Source: Clostridia bacterium
GTDB taxonomy: Bacteria > Bacillota > Clostridia > Christensenellales > Borkfalkiaceae
DNA: 64,000 nt
Direction: 5' to 3'
NCBI GenBank assembly: GCA_017407325.1
Contig: JAFQWV010000027.1
Location: 31,623-95,622 of the forward strand
A program made the translations under genes and the position numbers. How positions within the stretch are numbered: position 1 is the stretch's first letter; each line of letters starts with the position of its first letter. Shown here in pieces: positions 36,690-44,136 of the stretch. Under the pieces are notes generated by a model, which had not been told where the DNA came from, ran no database searches, and saw only the letters and a list, made by a program, of their open reading frames with translations.

Positions 36690-38356
36690 TATCTTTTAAG
36701 CTCTACACATCTATCTTTAATAGTCATTTGAACGTTACAAATATCTTTTGCAACCATCTTGTGCGAAATAATAATTAGCGTCGTGTCATTTCCAAGCTTT
36801 TCTTTAATAGACTTTAAAACTTTAATTTCCGTTTCCTCGTCTAAAGCGCTAGTTGCTTCGTCAAGTAAAATAATCGGCTTTTTGCTAAGTAGCGCACGGC
36901 AGATTGCAACGCGCTGACCTTGACCTTCGCTAAGCCCTTGACCGTTTTCACCAATCACAGTATCAAGACCTTGTGGCAAACTATCTAAAAAGTCCATGCA
37001 ACTAATTTCGGCTGTCGCCACTATTTCTTCTTCTGTTGCGCTATCGTTTAAAAAGCAAACGTTTTCGCGAATAGTTCCTGAAAAAAGCATATTCCCTTGC
37101 GGAACGAAGGCAAACAAAGACCTATCCGACGACGTAATTTTTTTCTTAGAATTTTCTGTTTCAAAATATAATTCACCTTGATAATCGTCATATACGCCGA
37201 GTAATAGTTTAAATAGCGTACTTTTGCCAATTCCTGAAATACCTTTTATCAAACAGAAATCACCTTTTTTAATTTCGAAGCTAGCGTTATCTATCACCTT
37301 TTCGCGACCGTAAGAAAAGGTTAAATTTTTCGCGCTTATTGAACGAATATCAGAATAATTTATTCTGTCGTCTTCACTAGATTTTTGCTCGTCTTTAATG
37401 TCGATAACTTCCAAAATTCTTTCAGCCGACGACAGCATTTCATAGTAAACGGTAAAAATTTGAGTAAAGTTCATAAACGGCGCTTGCAGTTGATTTACAA
37501 GCTGAATCATAGCAGTAATCAAACCGAAAGTCACGCCACTACTACCGTTTAAAAGGTTTATAGCTCCCCAAACGACTGTTGCGATATAGAAAAACGAAAA
37601 AGCAAAACTTAACGCACTTGTGAGTAATGACGCTATATAGCGTTGTTTTTTAGCAGTTTTTAAATATTCGTCAAACTTTTTACTGCCGAGCGAAGAAACT
37701 TTATACTCCACCGAAAAAACTTTAACCGCCAAAAGATTTGACGTGTTTTCTGTTAGATAAGACACAACTTCGCTTTCTTTTTCGCGAGTTTTTCTGTGAA
37801 GCTTCTTAAATAGCTTTCTTACCAAAAAAGACGCGCCAACGATTACAAGTCCACCTAAAACTAAAAACAGCGTAAATATCGGTTGATAGTAAAGGAGCAC
37901 CCCGACAGCCAAAACGACTTTTACAATCATTGCAACAAACGCAGGAAGTATTTGCGAATATCCACGCGCAATTATCTGCGAATCCGTCGTAATTCTGCCG
38001 ACCAAATCCCCCGTTTTATACTCTGAAATTTTAGCATAATCTTTGTTTAAAAGCTTAGAAAAAACTTCTTTTTTAAGATTCACTTCGCAAGTTAATCTGC
38101 ACTTTTCAATCATAATTTTATCAAGCACAGAAAATAAAAATGCAAAAATTAATAAAATTATCGAAACACCAGCTCGGAATAAAACAGTTTTAAGCTCGCT
38201 ACTATCGCTTAGCGCAGAGTTGATTAAGTCTTTCGTAGACAACGCAAAAAAGACCATAAGCGCCGATTGAACCCCGCTTACAAGCACCGTTAAAAGATAT
38301 ATGAATTTTGTTTTTTCAGTACTCTTTTTTATAAATTGCGTTGCTTTACTTTTCAT
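36686..38356 (-). CDS. ABC exporter, fused permease/ATPase (MsbA-like type)
   Basis: 556 aa. Six N-terminal TM helices, Walker A GISGIGKST, signature LSEGQGQR, Walker B ILLDEATSALD. Confidence 0.9.
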   Translation of the reverse strand: MKSKATQFIKKSTEKTKFIYLLTVLVSGVQSALMVFFALSTKDLINSALSDSSELKTVLFRAGVSIILLIFAFLFSVLDKIMIEKCRLTCEVNLKKEVFSKLLNKDYAKISEYKTGDLVGRITTDSQIIARGYSQILPAFVAMIVKVVLAVGVLLYYQPIFTLFLVLGGLVIVGASFLVRKLFKKLHRKTREKESEVVSYLTENTSNLLAVKVFSVEYKVSSLGSKKFDEYLKTAKKQRYIASLLTSALSFAFSFFYIATVVWGAINLLNGSSGVTFGLITAMIQLVNQLQAPFMNFTQIFTVYYEMLSSAERILEVIDIKDEQKSSEDDRINYSDIRSISAKNLTFSYGREKVIDNASFEIKKGDFCLIKGISGIGKSTLFKLLLGVYDDYQGELYFETENSKKKITSSDRSLFAFVPQGNMLFSGTIRENVCFLNDSATEEEIVATAEISCMDFLDSLPQGLDTVIGENGQGLSEGQGQRVAICRALLSKKPIILLDEATSALDEETEIKVLKSIKEKLGNDTTLIIISHKMVAKDICNVQMTIKDRCVELKRY

Positions 38357-38438
38357 ATTGTTAATTGTACCATTAATTGACTATTAAGTCAATTATTTTT
38401 AAAAAATAAAAAAGTTGATAAAAATTCTCTGATTTCTA

Positions 38439-39161
38439 TTAAACATACAAAAGGTTTGTTCCTTTTAAAGTAAAATACCAAAATTTTTTATTTCCGTATA
38501 TATCGCCGTCTATTAGCAATAAATGTAGTTCGTAACAGCTATCCCTAAAATGCAATTCAGCCGAGTATAAACTTGTCCATAATGTTAACGGATTATCATC
38601 TTCCCACTTATTTATCTTAAAATCTTCACGCTCTATTATTTCATAATTCTCTATTAAAACTTCACGTCTACCTATCTTTATAAAATAATCTTTGCCATTT
38701 GAATATTCTTCAAGAACCAGTTCACCCACAACGTCGTCAAGTATAAACTTTTCGGGTAAATAGTCTTGCGCAATTTCAGTTGTTTTATTAGCCTTATCAG
38801 CCGTTTTTTCTAACTCTTTTAACAAATTATTTGCATAAGACGTTAAAAACTCTTTATCTTGTTTGCAGGCATAACCTAATACTATCGTTTCTGTATTTAT
38901 TTTATCAAAAATCTCTTTAGGTAAAGACGATAACGCTTCAGCGTTTCTCTCTATTTGTGCTTGATAAAAATTTTCAGCTAAATTTGCCTTAATAACTGCC
39001 GAAAACAATTCTTTATCTTTAGACATTTTTTTAAAAAACTCGCTTTTACTGCGTTGCTGAATATCGACATACGATTTAATTTTCTCGTCAAATTCTTTTA
39101 AACAATGTATAAACCTTACTTGCTCGTACTGCGACACCCATTTTTTTGTTAAATATTTCAT
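38439..39161 (-). CDS. hypothetical protein, DUF4085-like
   Basis: Start moved to ATG 39161 (GGAG SD). The N-terminus MKYLTKKWVSQYEQ resembles the MKYFTKEWY start I associate with DUF4085 proteins. Confidence 0.6.
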   Translation of the reverse strand: MKYLTKKWVSQYEQVRFIHCLKEFDEKIKSYVDIQQRSKSEFFKKMSKDKELFSAVIKANLAENFYQAQIERNAEALSSLPKEIFDKINTETIVLGYACKQDKEFLTSYANNLLKELEKTADKANKTTEIAQDYLPEKFILDDVVGELVLEEYSNGKDYFIKIGRREVLIENYEIIEREDFKINKWEDDNPLTLWTSLYSAELHFRDSCYELHLLLIDGDIYGNKKFWYFTLKGTNLLYV

Positions 39162-39220
39162 AAAAATCTCCATTTTTAAGTGGCTTAACCAAACAACCAC
39201 CCAATTTTTAATAATTTAAA

Positions 39221-39239
39221 CCTATACTATATGTATAGG
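39221..39239. promoter_or_regulatory. candidate operator palindrome in the divergent region
   Basis: CCTATACtatatGTATAGG (7-bp perfect arms) lies between the DUF4085-like gene and the first HTH gene. Confidence 0.35.
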
Positions 39240-39285
39240 TGATTTATCTTATAGACCACCTAAATATAACTTTAGGAGTAAATAA

Positions 39286-39735
39286 TTGTCCATATCTCAA
39301 TCCTTCCAAAAAAGGTTTCATTCAATAATAGAAGATTCAGACTATACTCGTAGTGAATTAGCAAAACTGATTCCTTTAAGCCAAAGCACTCTTTCAAATG
39401 CTTTAACGTACGGCATTATACCTAGCACTAAGACGTTAGTAAAAATCGCAGACTTTTTCGATATATCTATTAACTTTCTTTTAGGCAAAACTGACGTCGA
39501 AAATTTTGATAAAAGTTCTGCACCTGCTAACTTTCAGTCGCGTTTTGAAAGTCTATGTTTAGAAAAAGAAGTTACACATTACAAGGTAGCCAATGATTGC
39601 TTGTTTGATAAAAGTAATATCTCTAGATGGATTACTAAAGGCTTCTTACCTGAACTTGAAATATTAGAATTGCTTTGCGATTACTTTAACGTTTCTATTG
39701 ATTATATTTTGGGTAGGTCAGATTATAAAGACTAA
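39286..39735 (+). CDS. double XRE-type HTH protein (paralog 1)
   Basis: 149 aa. TTG start with TAGGAG SD. Two HTH modules, each ending in ISINFLLGKTD / VSIDYILGRSD. Confidence 0.78.
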   Translation: MSISQSFQKRFHSIIEDSDYTRSELAKLIPLSQSTLSNALTYGIIPSTKTLVKIADFFDISINFLLGKTDVENFDKSSAPANFQSRFESLCLEKEVTHYKVANDCLFDKSNISRWITKGFLPELEILELLCDYFNVSIDYILGRSDYKD

Positions 39736-39762
39736 TTATAATTTATTTAGGAGTCATAATTT

Positions 39763-40209
39763 ATGCCTATTTCTACAAAGTTCCAAAAGCGCATAAACGA
39801 ACTTGTCGCTGATTCTGAATTAAAGAACGCGGATTTAGCAAAAGCTGGGAAATTTGATTATCGTTCATTATCAAACGCATTAGTTTATGGAATAATTCCG
39901 ACTACGTCAACGCTTATTAAAATTGCTGATTATTTCAACGTATCAATAGACTATCTTTTAGGAAGAACTGACAAAAACGATTTTTTTGAGATGTCAAACT
40001 CAACCTTTCAACAAAGATTTGAAGAACTTTGTAAAGAAAAAGGCGTTACTCATTACAAAGTTAGTCAAGATTGTTTCTTTGATAAAAGCAACATATCGCG
40101 TTGGCTTTCTAAAGGTTATTTGCCAACGCTTGAAATTCTAGATATGATAACAAAATATTTTAACGTTTCTATTGATTACATTTTGGGTAGGTCAGATTAT
40201 AAAGACTAA
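39763..40209 (+). CDS. double XRE-type HTH protein (paralog 2)
   Basis: 148 aa. ATG with TAGGAG SD. Same two-module layout as paralog 1, and the last about 53 nt differ from paralog 1 at one position. Confidence 0.8.
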   Translation: MPISTKFQKRINELVADSELKNADLAKAGKFDYRSLSNALVYGIIPTTSTLIKIADYFNVSIDYLLGRTDKNDFFEMSNSTFQQRFEELCKEKGVTHYKVSQDCFFDKSNISRWLSKGYLPTLEILDMITKYFNVSIDYILGRSDYKD

Positions 40210-40230
40210 TTGTATTTTAACAAATTATTT

Positions 40231-40262
40231 TAGGTGGCTAAAGCATTTAGCCACCTATTTTA
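40231..40262. terminator. terminator after the HTH pair
   Basis: TAGGTGGCTAAagcaTTTAGCCACCTATTTT. Confidence 0.8.
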
Positions 40263-40303
40263 GTAAAAAAATGTCTTATTTTGTCGAATATTGTCAAAAA
40301 TTA

Positions 40304-41368
40304 TTAACTATTTAAGTTAGCCATTTCATACCAACGTTCTGCATGGTGAACAGCTAGCCCAAAGCTTTCGTCTACCATACTTTTTAAAAGCGCCATTTCG
40401 CTAAGCATTACGCTTTCGCCTTCTTCCCAAAAAGAAACGTTGTCACCTTCTGTTGAATAAGTCTCAATACCCATAAAAACCGACTTATTGACCGACTTTG
40501 CATAATTTATCTCTTCGCTTGATACGCTGTAAATTCCGTCTGCGGTATCGCGATAACTCATTAAAAATACTCTGTCGCAAATATCAATCATTGCTTCATA
40601 AGCAAGTCTTTTTTCGCCGTTATAAGTTATCTCATAATCAAGCCAGAACGGTAAATCAAAAGAAAATTCGATATCAGGAAAATCCGTTTTAACTTTTATT
40701 GCAACGTCAATTAGTTCTTGTATAAGAGTTACCCTTACAGGACTTTCTTTATCCGTACCCTTCCAAGACGGATTTTGGTGTGGTTCAATATCTAAATGAA
40801 CACCCGAAAATTGAGAATTTGGAAATTCTTGTTGATACGCTAAATATTTATTAAGTTTAGTATACAAATTTGTGCTATCTTGCGCCCAGCCGTATTCTCC
40901 ACCAAGCCAATACACGCGAATATTCTTTTCTTTTGCTTTTTGAATAAAAGATGCGGTATTAACGGAAAATTCACTCGAACAGTAATAAATTTCATTGACA
41001 CCACGCGTTGCTACAAAATCTAAATATTCGTCGCCTAAACTCTTTTTCCACCACCAAACTCCTAAAACGCGCTCCTTTTTTTCATTTTCAGAATTATCAA
41101 TAGAAATTTCAATACTTTCCGATAGTGACAAACTATTTAAACTTTCCGATAGTGACAAACTATTTAAACTTTCCGATAGTGACAAACTATTTAAACTTTC
41201 CGGATTTTTAGATGAATTAGTCGAGTTAATCGACTTATACAGCGATTTTTGGCTTAAACTTACACTTTCACTTATTGAATTTTTTAAGTTATTCTTACTT
41301 TCATTTTTTCCACACGCTACCAATAATGCTAACGCTAAAATAAGCATAATAATAAATATTTTTTTCAT
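40304..41368 (-). CDS. lipoprotein with Ser/Leu repeats and a TIM-barrel glycosidase-like domain
   Basis: Lipobox LLVAC. SLNSLSLSE is repeated 3 times. The C-terminal about 260 aa (VLGVWWW..., GVHLDIEPH) look like an uncharacterised GH-like domain. Confidence 0.7.
   Translation of the reverse strand: MKKIFIIMLILALALLVACGKNESKNNLKNSISESVSLSQKSLYKSINSTNSSKNPESLNSLSLSESLNSLSLSESLNSLSLSESIEISIDNSENEKKERVLGVWWWKKSLGDEYLDFVATRGVNEIYYCSSEFSVNTASFIQKAKEKNIRVYWLGGEYGWAQDSTNLYTKLNKYLAYQQEFPNSQFSGVHLDIEPHQNPSWKGTDKESPVRVTLIQELIDVAIKVKTDFPDIEFSFDLPFWLDYEITYNGEKRLAYEAMIDICDRVFLMSYRDTADGIYSVSSEEINYAKSVNKSVFMGIETYSTEGDNVSFWEEGESVMLSEMALLKSMVDESFGLAVHHAERWYEMANLNS
41114..41204 (-). repeat. 27-nt in-frame tandem repeat, about 3.3 copies
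   Basis: ACTTTCCGATAGTGACAAACTATTTAA is reiterated at 41114, 41141 and 41168, with a partial copy at 41195. Confidence 0.9.
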
Positions 41369-41375
41369 AATTTTT

Positions 41376-41410
41376 TAAAATTCCCACCGCTTTTTAGCGG
41401 TGGGATAAAA
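41376..41410 (-). terminator. terminator after mscS
   Basis: TCCCACCGCtttttaGCGGTGGGA with a short U-run on the minus strand. Confidence 0.6.
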
Positions 41411-41416
41411 TTTTAA

Positions 41417-42295
41417 TTATTTCTTATCGATCATATGAACGTCAATTTGATTGAACGGAACGGTAATGCCGTTTGCATCAAATGCTTTCTTAACGTCGTC
41501 AATCATAGTAAAGTATACGGTCCAATAATCTTCGTTTTTGCACCATGCTCTAACGGTAATTTCAATACCAGAAGAAACGCATGCTGAAATTTTTACGAAA
41601 GATTCAGGATCTTTTAATACTAACTCGTTATTTGCAAGAACTTCTTCAACAAGACGAATAGCTTTTCCAGCATCGTCGCCGTAAGAAATTTGGAAAACGT
41701 TATCAACTCTGCGTAAGTCTTTCATAGAGTAGTTAGTAATGTTTCCGTTAGCGAGCGCGCCGTTAGGAAGCATAACTACTTTGTTGTCAACCGTTACAAC
41801 GTAGGTATAGAAAAGTCTGATATCTTCAACAGTACCTGTTTCGCCTTGAGCAGTAATAAAATCGCCAATCTTAAAAGGTCTCATAATAATGATTACGAAC
41901 CAACCAGCAAGGTTAGCAAGCGAGCCTTGAACGGCTAAGCCGATAGCAACTGAAACAGATGCGATAATCGTACCAATACCAGCAGTATCAATACCAACGT
42001 AACCTAAGAAGATTACAAAAAGCACGAGTTTTAAACCAAACTTAATAAGCTTGTAAACTACGTTGGTAATCGTCTTATCTCTACCCTTTTTCTCCATACC
42101 CTTTTTAACTCTTTTTGCAATAAAGTTAACGACAGAGAAAAGAATAAATAAAACGATTAAACCGATTAAAAGCTTCAACCCGCTAGTTTGAATCCAGTCG
42201 ATACACTTTTGGAAAAATGCCGACCAGCTCCAAGTAGCAGCAGCTTCACCAGTAGTTCCTGCTGATTCCACTGTTTCTGCAAACAATTTAAACAT
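41417..42295 (-). CDS. mscS: small-conductance mechanosensitive channel (MscS family)
   Basis: 292 aa. Three TM helices, then the beta-domain motif PFKIGDFITAQGETGTVEDI. Confidence 0.86.
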   Translation of the reverse strand: MFKLFAETVESAGTTGEAAATWSWSAFFQKCIDWIQTSGLKLLIGLIVLFILFSVVNFIAKRVKKGMEKKGRDKTITNVVYKLIKFGLKLVLFVIFLGYVGIDTAGIGTIIASVSVAIGLAVQGSLANLAGWFVIIIMRPFKIGDFITAQGETGTVEDIRLFYTYVVTVDNKVVMLPNGALANGNITNYSMKDLRRVDNVFQISYGDDAGKAIRLVEEVLANNELVLKDPESFVKISACVSSGIEITVRAWCKNEDYWTVYFTMIDDVKKAFDANGITVPFNQIDVHMIDKK

Positions 42296-42396
42296 TTATT
42301 CACCTCAAAAATTTATTGTGTAAGTAAATAATAGCAAGTATAATAATAAAAGTCAATTATTAATTTAAACTATTTATTATTTCACAAAATTTTTAT

Positions 42397-43383
42397 TTAT
42401 ATCTTAAAATATTTTTGATTTTTACTTCGTGGTTTTTCTGGGTTAGTCATACCAATAAGCCCGGCTTCAAGCGCTGGAAGAATATAGTTTTTACGAAAAG
42501 TATCTCTTGACTTGAGCCCAACCTTTTCCATAAGTTCAGTAAGTGACATAGGATAAGCTTCTATAACCGACATAAGTGCGGTTATTTGATTATTTATATG
42601 GCTATAATGCTTTCTGGAATCTTTTATTATATCAAAAAGTGCAGATTTTATAACGCCCAGCATAAATAAAATAAACCTATTTGACTTACCTTCGGAAGTA
42701 GAAAGGCTTATCGCTTTATAATATTGTTCTTGGTTATCCTTTATTATACTTTCAATTGGTATCCATTTAAATATAGGTTTCCAATTCGACAAAAGTGCCG
42801 TTTGCCAAAGTCTACCCATTCTGCCGTTTCCGTCAAGGAAAGGGTGAATAAATTCAAATTCATAATGAAACACGCTTGATTTTATAAGCATTTGGGGTTT
42901 ACTTGTCTTTAGCCAATCGAATAATTGTAAAAGTTGCCCTTTTACCATTTGATATGGTGGAGCAACGTGTATTACGTCGCCATTTTGATTGATAACACCA
43001 ACTGAAGAAGTCCTAATTTTACCAGCCTCATCCACAAGATCGTTCATCATAATCTTGTGCATTTTTGTTAAATCTTCTATCGAAAAAGGATTGACTTCAT
43101 CAATCACTTTATAAGTTTGAAAAGCATTCTTTACCGCAATAATATCATCTTGTGGACCTAAAACACGCTTACCTTCTATTACGTCGGTTACTTGTTGTAA
43201 CGAAAGTGTATTATTTTCAATAGCAAGTGAAGAGTGTATAGATTTAATACGACTAACCCTTCTTAATCTTGGAAGTTTTTCAAGTTCGTTAACGTTTTTT
43301 AACTCACCCAAAAGTTCCATAATTTCAGAAGTTAACTCTAACATTTCTTCAGTAATATCATAAGGTGGAATATATTTATCCAT
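42397..43383 (-). CDS. Fic-family protein (class II type with C-terminal wHTH)
   Basis: Fic motif HPFLDGNGRMGRL. N-terminal SLAIEN fits the (S/T)xxxE(G/N) auto-inhibition motif. C-terminal winged-helix-like segment. Confidence 0.9.
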   Translation of the reverse strand: MDKYIPPYDITEEMLELTSEIMELLGELKNVNELEKLPRLRRVSRIKSIHSSLAIENNTLSLQQVTDVIEGKRVLGPQDDIIAVKNAFQTYKVIDEVNPFSIEDLTKMHKIMMNDLVDEAGKIRTSSVGVINQNGDVIHVAPPYQMVKGQLLQLFDWLKTSKPQMLIKSSVFHYEFEFIHPFLDGNGRMGRLWQTALLSNWKPIFKWIPIESIIKDNQEQYYKAISLSTSEGKSNRFILFMLGVIKSALFDIIKDSRKHYSHINNQITALMSVIEAYPMSLTELMEKVGLKSRDTFRKNYILPALEAGLIGMTNPEKPRSKNQKYFKI

Positions 43384-43404
43384 AACTCTCTCCTTCTTGA
43401 AATA

Positions 43405-43433
43405 ATTTTAGCATATTCTGATTATATTGTCAA
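43405..43433 (-). promoter_or_regulatory. sigma-A-type promoter of the Fic gene
   Basis: Minus strand reads TTGACA, 17-nt spacer, TAAAAT. Confidence 0.6.
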
Positions 43434-43436
43434 CAA

Positions 43437-43578
43437 CTTACACGAAATCATACACGATATCTTACACGATTAGATGTTGCTTTGCAACTCGATATGCAAC
43501 CTTGCGGTTGCTCGATATGCAAAACTGTCGTTTCGCTCGATATGTGCCTACGGCACTCGATAGCAAGTTTTTAACTTG
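43437..43578 (-). repeat. 12-nt direct repeats (..TACACGA x3), then a word-plus-hairpin array with word CATATCGAG (reverse orientation)
   Basis: The plus strand shows CTCGATATG/TCGATAG words at 43489, 43511, 43536 and 43556. They separate GTTGCtttGCAAC, CAACCttgcGGTTG, CAAAACtgtcGTTTCG, GTGCCtacGGCAC and CAAGTTtttAACTTG. Confidence 0.85.
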
Positions 43579-43702
43579 CATTGTGGTCGTGAACGCTATC
43601 GCGTTCCGTAATTAACATATAATTTTTTTCTAAGGATTTTAATTATTATATAATTTCACACCTCATCCGTCGCTTCGCGACACCTTCCCCTCAAGGGGAA
43701 GG
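43578..43702. repeat. mosaic repeat modules shared with 61116-61353
   Basis: CATTGTGGTCGTGAACGCTAnCnCGTTCCGT..TAACATATA recurs at 61280-61323. ATTATTATATAA recurs at about 61341. ACACCTCATCCGTCGC..CGCGACACCTTCCCCTCAAGGGGAAGG recurs inverted at 61116-61160. Confidence 0.85.
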
Positions 43703-43724
43703 CTTGTTTTAAATTTTGTTGAAT

Positions 43725-44070
43725 TACGCGTCAGTCTACACGACTGGCAGGTCGCCTGCCTAAAAACCTTAGAAACAAGGTCGGGCAACCCGACTGTTAT
43801 GTATTGTTTATTACCCAAACTTAAAGCACGCGTCAGCCACACGACTGGCAGGTCGCCTGCCTAAAAACCTTAGAAGCGAGCAAGACAAGGCACAAAAAAA
43901 GTGTTTGGATTGGATAGACCTTTTTTATTACGGTTAAAAGGCTTAGAAACAAGTTAGGCTAGGCTCGAAAAAGCCCTTCGGATTGGATAGACCTTGCCTA
44001 TTATATGATTAAAAACCTTAGAAGCGAGCAAGACAAGGCACAAAAAAAGTGTTTGGATTGGATAGACCTT
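43725..44070. repeat. nested dispersed direct repeats in the Fic-kdgK spacer
   Basis: ACGCGTCAGnCnACACGACTGGCAGGTCGCCTGCCTAAAAACCTTAGAA occurs twice (about 43726 and 43829). AAAAACCTTAGAAGCGAGCAAGACAAGGCACAAAAAAAGTGTTTGGATTGGATAGACC occurs twice (about 43863 and 44010). GGATTGGATAGACC occurs 3 times. Confidence 0.85.
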
Positions 44071-44099
44071 TGCGGTCATCCAAGTCAAACACTTTTTTT
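44042..44099. terminator. long bidirectional terminator-like hairpin downstream of kdgK
   Basis: AAAAAAAGTGTTTG...ATTGGAT...ATCCAA...CAAACACTTTTTTT. Confidence 0.7.
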
Positions 44100-44136
44100 A
44101 GAAACGCCGTATTGCGACGCTTATAAGGTTTTTAAA

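Noticed and set aside
42296-43436. Fic toxin-antitoxin pair
   Set aside because: No small partner ORF with an SD lies on either side. The auto-inhibitory motif is internal (class II-like), so no separate antitoxin is expected.
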